From positions 25,588 through 89,587 of IMG/VR virus record IMGVR_UViG_3300028173_000007: DNA of 64,000 bases; one strand, written 5' to 3'. A model generated the notes under the pieces. It was not told where the DNA came from and did not search any database. It saw nothing but the letters and a program-made list of their open reading frames with translations. Numbering within the stretch: the first letter of the stretch is position 1; the number at the start of each line of letters is the position of its first letter. Made by a program: the position numbers and the translations under genes. The DNA comes from a virus. Positions 9,531 through 18,656 of this stretch are shown here, in pieces.

Positions 9531-10046
9531 ATGGCGTCCGTCCTCGACATTCTCCGCAGCCTGGGCCGCCTGGGCCTGCGCCTCGACGTGGCCGCGATTC
9601 AGCGGTCATTCTCCCGAACCTCGAACGCCCTTCACGTTGTGACCGGGCCGGCGATGCCGGTGTACGCGAACATCGAAGCGGCCCGAGGCCTCCCCTACAA
9701 CGACGTGGAGCCGCTGCTTTCGCAGGCGGGAGCGGCCGCGGCCGCGGCGCCGGCCGACCCCGCCGACATCAACGACGCGGCGAAGGATGCCGCGCTGGAG
9801 ACCCGGTACTTTGGCCGAGCTCGCCTGTTTTGGCGGAACACCGCCGGCGGGACGCGCACGTCGGTCAACGTGACCGTGTGGGCCCGCACGGCCCTCGGCT
9901 GGGTCAAGACCAGTGACGCGGTGGTCGCCCTGGCCGAAGGCACCGAGTGGGTCATGGCGAACGTGGCCTATCGGGACGTGTACCTCGAAACGACCCTCAC
10001 CGGGGGCGCCGGCGAGGTGACGATCTACGTCGGCGGGGAGGGCTGA
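9531..10046 (+). CDS. Hypothetical virion protein
   Basis: Tightly packed ORF, GC3-biased codons, beta-rich C-terminus. Confidence 0.6.
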   Translation: MASVLDILRSLGRLGLRLDVAAIQRSFSRTSNALHVVTGPAMPVYANIEAARGLPYNDVEPLLSQAGAAAAAAPADPADINDAAKDAALETRYFGRARLFWRNTAGGTRTSVNVTVWARTALGWVKTSDAVVALAEGTEWVMANVAYRDVYLETTLTGGAGEVTIYVGGEG

Positions 10047-10047
10047 C

Positions 10048-10521
10048 GTGCCGTCCCCGCTCAATTCGCCGCCGGTGTTCCTTCCCTTCGCGCCGACGCA
10101 CGACACGTTGCCGTCGTCGCCCTACACGGGCCAACAGGTGACGCACGCGGCGTCGGGGGTGGTGTTCCGGTGGAACGGCGCGGCCTGGGCCGCGGCCGCG
10201 CCTGGGCGGGAGGTGGCGCCCGCTGGCGCTGGCGTGGTGGTGGGGCGACTGGTGACCGTTGTGGCTGGCCTGGCCGAGCTCACCGACCCCGCCGCGCACC
10301 TTCACTGTTCCGGCATCGTGGAGGCGGTCGTCGAGGCCCTCGCCGTCTTCCGCTTCGCTGGGCCGGTGGCCGGTTTCTCTGGCCTCACACCCGCCGCGAC
10401 GATCTACGCCGGCGCCGGGGGGCTCCCCGTCGAGGACCCCGACGACGCCGAGAACGTGATCGCCGTCGGGTATGCCAGTGCGGCCGACACGATCCACGTT
10501 CAGCCGTCCGTCGGTGGGTGA
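10048..10521 (+). CDS. Putative capsid decoration/cement (DUF2190-like) protein
   Basis: GLTPAATIYAGAGG...VGYASAADTIHVQP resembles capsid cement domains. Confidence 0.5.
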   Translation: MPSPLNSPPVFLPFAPTHDTLPSSPYTGQQVTHAASGVVFRWNGAAWAAAAPGREVAPAGAGVVVGRLVTVVAGLAELTDPAAHLHCSGIVEAVVEALAVFRFAGPVAGFSGLTPAATIYAGAGGLPVEDPDDAENVIAVGYASAADTIHVQPSVGG

Positions 10522-10819
10522 GCCCTCGCGCCCGGTGGCGGCGGACCTCCTGCTCATCGCCCTACTCGACGCGGGCGGCGCGCGGCATGGTCGCGTAGTG
10601 GTCTCGGGGAACCGATGCCGGTTCCACCTTGACCTTGAACGCTTGGACCGCGAGGGCCTCGCCGACAACCTGGCGCTTCTGGCGTCGGCTGTGCGTGAGC
10701 TCCCCGAAGTTGCAACGACGGCCGACCTGGCCGACCTGTTTGAAACCTCGGTCCTGCGACAGTGGGACCGGGCCATCAAGGCCGCCAAATCGGCGGTACA
10801 ACACGCCCGCAGGAGATAG
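10514..10819 (+). CDS. Hypothetical protein
   Basis: GTG overlapping the upstream stop; fills the operon gap. Confidence 0.5.
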   Translation: MGEPSRPVAADLLLIALLDAGGARHGRVVVSGNRCRFHLDLERLDREGLADNLALLASAVRELPEVATTADLADLFETSVLRQWDRAIKAAKSAVQHARRR

Positions 10820-10822
10820 CCC

Positions 10823-11287
10823 GTGCCCCGCAAGCCCTCACGCGCCCGCAAGACCTCAGTGTCCGAGTCGGAGGCCCGCGTAGCGGACCTGTTCGAGCGT
10901 CTCCAGGCGCACGGAAACGCCGAAATCGAGGCCTGGAATGCCCAGGTCGTCAAGATGGAGGCCGCCTGGGGCGCCTACCGCGCCCACCGCGTCGGCCGCA
11001 TTCAGCGCGCAAACACGGTCCTCGGCGGCCTCAAGGATAAGCTCGTCGACTTCGGCCGCGTCGGGCAGGGCCGCGCCCCGCTCTACGCCGACCGGCGGCC
11101 CCTGGCGGACCTCTACCGCGAGGGCGTGGCGGTCCTGGGCGACCCCATCCCCGAGGACGACGCCGCAATCCTGGCCGTTCTGGGCGCCGAGGTGGCCGCA
11201 TTCCTGGCCGAGTCCCCAGCCTTGCCGCCCGCACTTCCGGCGCCCACCGAGGACGACGCCGACGAACTCATCGAGCCTGAGCTCTAG
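10823..11287 (+). CDS. Hypothetical protein
   Basis: AGGAG RBS, operon packing. Confidence 0.55.
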   Translation: MPRKPSRARKTSVSESEARVADLFERLQAHGNAEIEAWNAQVVKMEAAWGAYRAHRVGRIQRANTVLGGLKDKLVDFGRVGQGRAPLYADRRPLADLYREGVAVLGDPIPEDDAAILAVLGAEVAAFLAESPALPPALPAPTEDDADELIEPEL

Positions 11288-11371
11288 CGACGGCGCCGTC
11301 CTCGGGATACGCTCCAGGCGCCCGAAAGGCCCGCACGCTCGCTCGCATAAACCCAACTGAGAGGTGCGCTT

Positions 11372-14164
11372 ATGTCTTTCGGGACCCCCGTTTCCTTGCG
11401 CCGGTGGGATACCACCGCCAACAAGATCGCCCGGCTCAACGCCAACGACACGGACGCGAACAACGTCCTCGCCATGAACCAGATCCGCGCGGGCGAGTTT
11501 CACCTCGCGTCGGGCGGCGGCGGGTCCCCGATCTACGACGGGGCGACTGGCGCCGTGGCTGTGGCCACGCTGCGCGACAGCGGCGCGCACAACTTCGGCC
11601 TGAGCGGCGCCGCGATCACCTTCGATGGTGACGTGGTGGTGTCGGGCGATCTCATGCTCACCGGGCAGACCTTGACGGTCAACGGCGAGGTGAGCCTCAC
11701 CGACTCGCACGTCTACATGAACGCGGGCTACCAGACGGCCGCGGGCCGCGCCGGCGGCCTGGCCGTGAACTACTTGCCCACCGCCACGGTGGACACGGCG
11801 AACGGCGCGGTTGCGGCCACCACCCTCGCCACGACCGGGACGGGGATCTTTGCCGCGGGCGATTTCGTGCAGATCGCGAGCTCGGACAACGGGATCGACG
11901 GCGTGTACGAGGTCGTGAGCCACACGGCAAACGTCCTGACGATCAACGGCACCCCGACCCACCAGTTCTGCGCCACGGCGATGGCCGTCGGCACCGAGGA
12001 CACCGGAACGAAGCTGACGAAGGTCACCGTTTCGGTGCTCCAGGCGGGCACCGATGGCCTGTGGGAGATGGGCAAGGGCGCCACCGCGTCGGACTTGACC
12101 TCCGACCTGGAGGACCTCGGCGCCGCCGCCCTGACCGGCATCCTCGAAGACCTCGACACCCTGGGGGCGGCGGCCTCCGACGGGCAGTTCATCGTCGCCA
12201 CGGGCGCGGGCGCCTTCGCCTACGAGTCCGGCGCCACCGTCCGCACCTCGCTCGGGCTGGCCATCGGCTCGGACGTGCAGGCCTATGACGCCGAGCTCGC
12301 CGCGCTGGCGGGCCTGACCTCGGCGGCCGACGGCCTGCCCTACTTCACCGGCAGCGGGACGGCCGCCCTGGCCACCATGACCGCGGCGGGCCGGGCCATC
12401 CTCGACGACGCCGACGCGAGCGCCCAGCGCACGACCCTGGGCCTGGCCATCGGCTCGGACGTGCAGGCCTACGACGCGGAGCTCGCCGCGCTGGCGGGCC
12501 TGACCTCGGCGGCCGACTCCCTGCCCTACTTCACCGGCAGCGGGACGGCCGCCCTGGCCACCATGACCGCGGCGGGTCGGGCCATCCTCGACGACGCCAA
12601 CGCGAGCGCCCAGCGCACCACGCTCGGCCTGGCCATCGGCTCGGACGTGCAGGCCTACGACGCGGACCTGGCCGCCATCGCCGCGCTGGCCAACACCGAC
12701 GGGAACTTCATGGTCGGCAACGGCTCGGCCTGGGTGGCCGAGTCCGGCGCCACGGCGCGCACCAGCCTCGGGCTGGGCACCGGCGACTCGCCCACCTTCG
12801 CCAACGCGACCCTGACGACGGACCTCACCGTCGCCACGATCACGGGCCAGGCGTCCTCGGTGGTGATCGGCGCGGCCTCCGACATGGTGAGCATCGGCTC
12901 CTACGGCGGCGGGAACACCCTCACCATGTACGGGTCCACCGTGTCGATCTCGGGCGACGACGGCGCCGTCGACACCATCGGCGCCGGGCTGAACTTCACG
13001 GGCGGCATGGGCGGCGCCTACAGCGCGACGAGCGCGGCGGGCGGCGGCGGCTTCAACTTCAACACCGGGTCGGGTGGGGCCGGCGGCGGGTCCGGCCTCG
13101 ACGGCGCCGCCGGCGGCGATGTCTACTTCACCTTGGGGGGCGGCGGGTCGAACATCGGCTTCACCGGCGGCAAGGGCGGCAGCTTCAACGTGTCCGGCGG
13201 TCAAGGCGGCGATGCGGAGAATGGTGGCGACGTGACCTTCGACGCCGGCATGGCCGGGTCGGGCGGGTCCGACGGCGCGATCAGCATCGGCGCCAGCTAC
13301 GCACTCACCCTGGCGCTGGCGAACAGCGCCACCACGACGAGCGCCTACGGCCTGTGGGACTTCGCCAACACGGGCGGGTCCACCGGGAACGCCGACTTCG
13401 ACGTGGCCGGCTACGCGCAGTTCGCGGGGGCGGTCGAATTCGACTCCACCGTGCAACTGGACGGGGCGGCCACCTTCAACGCGGACGCGACCTTCGCCGA
13501 CGCCGTGAAGGTCCAGTTCGGGACCGGGACCGATGCCGACATCGCCTGGGTGGACGGGTCGAGTCTGCTCGACTTCAACGTCACCGGCTCGCTGGAGATC
13601 GACACCTCGGCCGCCATCGCCATCGAGAGCTCGGGCGGGGCGATCAGCATCGGGGCCGACGCGGTGGCCCAGGCGATCAACATCGGCACCGCCGGCGCGC
13701 GCACGGTCAAGCTCGGCAACACCGCGGCCACCGTCGAGATCGACGGGCCGGTCGTCCAGCAGATCGACGAGGGCTGGGGCGTCAAGACCGGCGCGGGCGG
13801 GCTGGACGTGGCCACCAACACGGTCGGCACCGGCGCGGTGGTCTACTTCTCGGGCAACGACACGCTCAGCGGGGCCACCGCGGCCAGCAGCGGGGGTGCC
13901 GAGGATACCTTCGGCGTGTACGATGGCACGACGATTGTGGACCGTGGTCCGGTGACCATCGCGAAGAAGACGGGGGCGGCGTGGACGGCGGGCGACAAGG
14001 TGTACCTCGACCCCACCAACAGCGAGGCGACCACCACGGCCCCCAGCGGGTCGAGCGAGTGGGTGCGCAGCCTCGGCCGCGTCATGACCTCGGCGGCCAG
14101 CGGGGACGCCACCGGCCGCGTGTGGCTGACCCTCTCGGAAGACCCGATGCAGAACCCGGCGTAA
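11372..14164 (+). CDS. Long fibre protein (probable head fibre/whisker) with tandem fibre repeats, Gly-rich segment and C-terminal cement-like domain
   Basis: 930 aa G/A/T-rich; LAALAGLTSAADxLPYFTG fibre repeat; C-terminal WTAGDKVYLD...RSLG; GAGG RBS. Confidence 0.75.
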   Translation: MSFGTPVSLRRWDTTANKIARLNANDTDANNVLAMNQIRAGEFHLASGGGGSPIYDGATGAVAVATLRDSGAHNFGLSGAAITFDGDVVVSGDLMLTGQTLTVNGEVSLTDSHVYMNAGYQTAAGRAGGLAVNYLPTATVDTANGAVAATTLATTGTGIFAAGDFVQIASSDNGIDGVYEVVSHTANVLTINGTPTHQFCATAMAVGTEDTGTKLTKVTVSVLQAGTDGLWEMGKGATASDLTSDLEDLGAAALTGILEDLDTLGAAASDGQFIVATGAGAFAYESGATVRTSLGLAIGSDVQAYDAELAALAGLTSAADGLPYFTGSGTAALATMTAAGRAILDDADASAQRTTLGLAIGSDVQAYDAELAALAGLTSAADSLPYFTGSGTAALATMTAAGRAILDDANASAQRTTLGLAIGSDVQAYDADLAAIAALANTDGNFMVGNGSAWVAESGATARTSLGLGTGDSPTFANATLTTDLTVATITGQASSVVIGAASDMVSIGSYGGGNTLTMYGSTVSISGDDGAVDTIGAGLNFTGGMGGAYSATSAAGGGGFNFNTGSGGAGGGSGLDGAAGGDVYFTLGGGGSNIGFTGGKGGSFNVSGGQGGDAENGGDVTFDAGMAGSGGSDGAISIGASYALTLALANSATTTSAYGLWDFANTGGSTGNADFDVAGYAQFAGAVEFDSTVQLDGAATFNADATFADAVKVQFGTGTDADIAWVDGSSLLDFNVTGSLEIDTSAAIAIESSGGAISIGADAVAQAINIGTAGARTVKLGNTAATVEIDGPVVQQIDEGWGVKTGAGGLDVATNTVGTGAVVYFSGNDTLSGATAASSGGAEDTFGVYDGTTIVDRGPVTIAKKTGAAWTAGDKVYLDPTNSEATTTAPSGSSEWVRSLGRVMTSAASGDATGRVWLTLSEDPMQNPA
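12251..12690 (+). repeat. 186-bp (62-aa) near-identical tandem repeat, ~2.3 copies
   Basis: gccatcggctcggacgtgcaggcc at 12260, 12446 and 12632. Confidence 0.9.
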
Positions 14165-14181
14165 GCCGAAGGGGGGCGTAG

Positions 14182-14505
14182 ATGGCCCGACGTAAGAAGC
14201 CCGCGCCCCCCAGCTTCGGCGCCGAGGTCCCGCTAGGGGATCTCGTCGCCAGGCTGGCCGTTGCGGCCCTCGTGACGCGAGTCGGTCGCCCCCATGAGGT
14301 GCCCGCCATGCAACGCCAGGCGGACGCCTTGACGGCGGCCCTGAACTCGGTGCCGTGTCGCTTCGATCTCACCGCCACCGACGACGCCGGCGCCGAGTTA
14401 CTACAGCGAGTCGAGGCCGGCGACCTGGGCGTCCTCGACGCCATCGTTCGAGCGAGCCGGGCCGGGCATGGACTCACTGTGACCCCCACGAAGGTTTCGC
14501 CATGA
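14182..14505 (+). CDS. Hypothetical protein
   Basis: ATG with purine-rich RBS; ATGA overlap with the next gene. Confidence 0.5.
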   Translation: MARRKKPAPPSFGAEVPLGDLVARLAVAALVTRVGRPHEVPAMQRQADALTAALNSVPCRFDLTATDDAGAELLQRVEAGDLGVLDAIVRASRAGHGLTVTPTKVSP

Positions 14506-14744
14506 GCTCCCCGCCTGTGGCCAACCGCTTTGGCGTCACGGCCTCAATCGAGGACGGGCTCGCCGTCCTCTCGTTCGCCTACCAGCCGCCCGCGGTGCCT
14601 GGCCGGGAGCCGCGGGGCCCCGTCGTGGTGAGCACGCAGGCGCTCCCGCTACCCGTGGTGCGCGGCCTCCGCGCGGCCCTCGAAGAACTCGAAGTGCGCC
14701 TCGCCCAGCACGAGGTCACGACTCGCCCGACAGGGGGGCACTAG
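14502..14744 (+). CDS. Hypothetical protein (DUF3467-like small beta/helix protein)
   Basis: MSSPPVANRFGV...LSFAY...LRAALEELE; overlapping start. Confidence 0.45.
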   Translation: MSSPPVANRFGVTASIEDGLAVLSFAYQPPAVPGREPRGPVVVSTQALPLPVVRGLRAALEELEVRLAQHEVTTRPTGGH

Positions 14745-16133
14745 GTGGCCATCTTCGGCAAAATCGGACAGCCCGTTCGCATTCAGGCCCCGATCTACGA
14801 GCTCGACGGGGTGACCCGAAAGGCCGGCGTCGCGGCCGACGTGGACGTGCAGGTGCTCGTGGGTGGCGTTGACGCCGCCCTGGCGTCCACCGTCAACGAG
14901 ATCGCCACCGACGCGGGCCCCGAGTACCTCGTGACCTTCACGCCGCTTGTGGAGGGCCTGCACACCGTCCGCATTCGCTACGCCCCGACCATGACCGACC
15001 TCGGCGACGAGGTGCAGGTGTGGCGGCACAACTTCAACGACTTGGCGGGATTTACGGTGCTCCCGCTGGCCCGCGCGGCGGTGGACGTGGGGAACGCCGT
15101 CGAGCTCCGCGTGCGCTTCGTCCTCAACGATGGCACGCCGTTTGATCCCTTCGAGCTCCGACAGGTGGTGATCACCAACGCGGACACGTCCGCGGTGCTG
15201 TGGACTATCGGCGCGGCGGGCATCGAGCGACTGGCCGAGGGCGAGTATCGCGTCTGGACCCCCGTAGCCCTCGGCGAGAGCCTCACGCTGGCGGATCGTT
15301 GGTACTTCAAGGGCTTCAACGGGTCGGAGCAGTCGCGGGGCTTCGCGCGCGTCGTGGCGGCCGTGGTGGGCGCCACCGACCTGCTCGTCACGGTCGAGCG
15401 GCTCAAGCGTCACGAGCTCGGCGGGGTGGACCTCACCGACAACGACGGAAACCCGCTGGCGCTGGAGACCTTCGAGGAATCCATCCGAGAGGCCACCGAC
15501 GAGCTCGCCGCCCGGCTGGATATCAAGCTCGCGCCCGAGGTGGTCACCGAACACCACGACTACGACCTTTCCCGGTGGTCGATGTTCGGCTGGACCGAGG
15601 TAGACCACCGGCCGCTGCGCGAGGTCCTCAAGGTCGAGGCCTCATACCAGGGTAGCGGCTACGTCCTTCCGTTCCCCGTCGAATGGATCAACATCGTTGA
15701 CCCCGACTTCGGGCAGTTCAACGTGGTTCCGCAGACGGGAACCCTTGAACAGTTCCTCACCATGCAAGCGGGTAACGCGGTGGGCTCGCTCATGCCCGTG
15801 TTGCACCCCGGCGGATCCCCGTGGTGGCCGAACCTCTTTCACGTCACCTACCGCGCCGGCTTCGACGTGGGGAAGGTGCCGCCGCGCATTCAGAAGGCGA
15901 TTGCGCTCAAAGCGGGCATCGAGATCCTCAACATCGCCGGCGAGATGATCATCGGGTCGGGCATCGCCAGCCAGTCGATCAGCATCGGCGGCCTCTCGCA
16001 GTCGGTGTCGACGACGAGCTCGGCGACGAACGCCGGACACGGCGCGCTCATCATCCAGTTCACCAACCAACTGAAAGAGCTCATTCCGGCCATCCGGCGC
16101 CAGTACCACGGCGTGAGCTTCGGGGTGGTGTGA
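14745..16133 (+). CDS. Head-tail adaptor/neck protein with N-terminal Ig-like domains
   Basis: C-terminal half E.HDYD...VTYRAGF...GIASQSISIGGLSQSVSTTSSATNAGHGA resembles K/SPO1-type adaptors; synteny. Confidence 0.7.
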   Translation: MAIFGKIGQPVRIQAPIYELDGVTRKAGVAADVDVQVLVGGVDAALASTVNEIATDAGPEYLVTFTPLVEGLHTVRIRYAPTMTDLGDEVQVWRHNFNDLAGFTVLPLARAAVDVGNAVELRVRFVLNDGTPFDPFELRQVVITNADTSAVLWTIGAAGIERLAEGEYRVWTPVALGESLTLADRWYFKGFNGSEQSRGFARVVAAVVGATDLLVTVERLKRHELGGVDLTDNDGNPLALETFEESIREATDELAARLDIKLAPEVVTEHHDYDLSRWSMFGWTEVDHRPLREVLKVEASYQGSGYVLPFPVEWINIVDPDFGQFNVVPQTGTLEQFLTMQAGNAVGSLMPVLHPGGSPWWPNLFHVTYRAGFDVGKVPPRIQKAIALKAGIEILNIAGEMIIGSGIASQSISIGGLSQSVSTTSSATNAGHGALIIQFTNQLKELIPAIRRQYHGVSFGVV

Positions 16134-16134
16134 C

Positions 16135-17004
16135 GTGGCCGAGTGGTGGATCGACAAGGCCGGCCAGCCGGCCAGGCGGGCGCCAAAGCACGGCGGCAAG
16201 AGCTCGGGCGTCTACTTCGATCCCGACAAGTTCGAGCGGGCCATTCAGGAACAGGGCGACCTTGTGCGCTGGGAGCAGGCGGCCCGGTGCCCGTGCTCGA
16301 ACCCCACCGGCCACGCGGACCCGCTGTGCGAGTCCTGCGGCGGGCAGGGCTGGGAGTATCACTCGCCCCTTGAGATCCGCGCCATCGTCGACCGCCTGGA
16401 ATTCAGGATCGACGCGCTGGAGAAGATGGGGGACTTGGCCTTCGGCTCGGTCGCTTGCACGTTGCAGCCGGTCCACCGGCTCAATTTCCGCGACCGGCTG
16501 GTGCTACTTGAGAACGTGATCGGTCACTCGGAGCTCACCCGCCGGCGCGGCCAGGTGGACCGGCTCGCCTTCCCCATCGCGCACACCACCGAGCGGGTGC
16601 TCACGAAGAACGCCGCCGGCGAGGAAGTGGTGCGCCAGTGGAAGGCGGGCGTCTTGCGCTTGCGGTTGCAGACCGGCGACCGCACGCCCGGCCCCGTGCT
16701 CCGCGAGGGCCTCGACTTCGCGGTGACGGGCGACGGGCGCATCGACTGGAGCCTCGGGGACCAGCGCGGGACCGCCCCAGGGCTCCCCGAGGGCCCCCGC
16801 GCGCCAGGTGGCGCCTACGCGGTGACCTACTACCACCACCCGAGCTACATCGTGTCCAACTGGCCCTATGCCATGCGAACGCTCCACGTCCAGCGGAAGC
16901 GCCCGAGCCCCGAGCACCTCCCCGGCCCGATCAGCGCCTTCGCCCAGCTTGAGGCCCGCCGCGACGAATTCGGGGCGACCATCGTGGAGGATCCCGGTGC
17001 GTGA
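16135..17004 (+). CDS. Head closure/neck protein with Zn finger
   Basis: VRWEQAARCPC...CESCGGQGW, typical of K/SPO1-type neck proteins. Confidence 0.7.
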   Translation: MAEWWIDKAGQPARRAPKHGGKSSGVYFDPDKFERAIQEQGDLVRWEQAARCPCSNPTGHADPLCESCGGQGWEYHSPLEIRAIVDRLEFRIDALEKMGDLAFGSVACTLQPVHRLNFRDRLVLLENVIGHSELTRRRGQVDRLAFPIAHTTERVLTKNAAGEEVVRQWKAGVLRLRLQTGDRTPGPVLREGLDFAVTGDGRIDWSLGDQRGTAPGLPEGPRAPGGAYAVTYYHHPSYIVSNWPYAMRTLHVQRKRPSPEHLPGPISAFAQLEARRDEFGATIVEDPGA

Positions 17005-17971
17005 GAAGGACCTCGGCGTCGAGCTCGACGCGCTGCTAGACCTTGAGGGGTGGGGGCGGACCTCGGTGGAGCTCCGCTTGCGCCGCATCCTGCGAATGGC
17101 GCGCGCGCACGCGGTCGAGCTCGCCGGGACCCGCCTCGAAGGGCCGCGCCAACAGTGGGTCGACGCCCTGGGCGAGCCGACCTTCGAGGCCCTCTCCCCC
17201 ACCATCATGCGCGCGTCGCTGGTGCTGGGTGAGGGCGGCGCCGCGGGCAACGTCAAGGCCTTCGCCCACATGCTCGAAGAAGGCGCCCCCGCGTGGGATC
17301 TGCGCCTGACCATGTTCCCCGGCCGCCCCGAGAAGCAGCACCAGATCAAGCGGGACGCCGAGGGGTTTCGCTACCGTTCGATCCCGTTCAAGCACTCAAT
17401 GGGCGGCGCGAAGCCCGCGGGGCACCAGTTCACCCGAACCGGCCAGCGCCCCAACAGCCTCGCCCACCGCGGAGCTCTCGACTTGGCCGGGGCCCAGGTC
17501 GTGAACCGCGCGGTGTCCGATGGGATGGCGCGGATCAAGGGCCGCGACGCCCGCCGCGCGGCGGGCCAACTTCCGCCGCACACGCGCGGCAACACGCGCA
17601 CCGCGCCGGGCCTCCCGACGAAGTGGGGCGAGCGCCTCGACGCCGGCCTGGCGCCCATCCTGCGGCAACGGCACGTCACCGACATTTTCTCGGGCATGGT
17701 CCGCACCTCGAAGGACTACGAGAAGAAGCAGGACGAGGGCGGCCACATGACGTTTCGGACGATCTCGGAGAATCCGGGGACGCACCGCTACGACACCGAC
17801 GGACGCGGAGGCCCAGGAGGAAAGCGCAACGTCATGGGGAACACCTCAGAGCGCAACTGGACGCACCCCGGCTTCCCTGGCGTGTTCATCCTGCGCGATA
17901 CGCAGTCCTACGCCTTGAGCATCGCCGGCGAGCACTTCGGCCCGCTCGACTCGGGGGCCCCCGGTGCGTGA
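16997..17971 (+). CDS. Neck/tail completion protein
   Basis: MLEEGAPAWDL...TFRTIS...WTHPG pattern; synteny before tail terminator and sheath. Confidence 0.6.
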   Translation: MREKDLGVELDALLDLEGWGRTSVELRLRRILRMARAHAVELAGTRLEGPRQQWVDALGEPTFEALSPTIMRASLVLGEGGAAGNVKAFAHMLEEGAPAWDLRLTMFPGRPEKQHQIKRDAEGFRYRSIPFKHSMGGAKPAGHQFTRTGQRPNSLAHRGALDLAGAQVVNRAVSDGMARIKGRDARRAAGQLPPHTRGNTRTAPGLPTKWGERLDAGLAPILRQRHVTDIFSGMVRTSKDYEKKQDEGGHMTFRTISENPGTHRYDTDGRGGPGGKRNVMGNTSERNWTHPGFPGVFILRDTQSYALSIAGEHFGPLDSGAPGA

Positions 17972-18656
17972 GCATCCAGACGACGCCCTCGGCCCGCAGG
18001 CCGTCGCGCCTGGCGACGGTGGCGCACACTCGCTGTACGCCTTCGCGGAGCGGTTGTTTGTAGAGGCCCTCGTCAACGGGGTGATCCAGTTCCAAGCGAA
18101 CCCCCGGCATTGGGATGCCCTGCTCGGCTTCATTGACGAACTCGAACGGGCCAACGTGCGCCGCGTCATGGAGGCCCGCCCGCCCTCGATTCGCCACGGC
18201 TACGCGCGCGACGGGGACCCCTGGCCGGTGATCGGGGTCACGCTGGGATCTGAGGTCCCGAACCTCGACGTAGCGGGGGGCGTGCTGGCGGTCGAGGATG
18301 GCGTGCTGGAACTCGGGGAGATCCGAACGCAGAACCTCGACTTGACGATCTACGCGGACAATCCCGATCTGGCGCTGTACCTGTATCACTGGACGAACTA
18401 CGTCCTACTCGCGCACACCGATTGGCTGCACCGGCAGGGTTTGATGATGCCGCAGTTCACCTCGGGGCAGGAGCTCGCGCCCGACCCGCGATACCTCCCC
18501 GAGACGTGCTATCTTCGGCGCGCGACTTGGCAGGTGACCGGCGAAGTGTACGCCGCGATCCCCATGCGTGACCCGCCGGGGCGGGTGTACGCAGCGAACC
18601 CGACGGCGGTCGTAGACGGTCACCGCGGGCTGATCCGAACCGGAGGTGCGGAATGA
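17964..18656 (+). CDS. Putative tail terminator
   Basis: 230 aa immediately upstream of the sheath gene. Confidence 0.55.
   Translation: MREHPDDALGPQAVAPGDGGAHSLYAFAERLFVEALVNGVIQFQANPRHWDALLGFIDELERANVRRVMEARPPSIRHGYARDGDPWPVIGVTLGSEVPNLDVAGGVLAVEDGVLELGEIRTQNLDLTIYADNPDLALYLYHWTNYVLLAHTDWLHRQGLMMPQFTSGQELAPDPRYLPETCYLRRATWQVTGEVYAAIPMRDPPGRVYAANPTAVVDGHRGLIRTGGAE

Noticed and set aside
12251-12690. Possible DGR template/variable repeat pair
   Set aside because: Tandem coding repeats without adenine-specific differences; no reverse transcriptase in the window
1775-13456. Long minus-strand ORFs (810, 833 and 866 aa)
   Set aside because: Antisense shadows of GC3-biased genes; no motifs, and they overlap well-supported plus-strand genes
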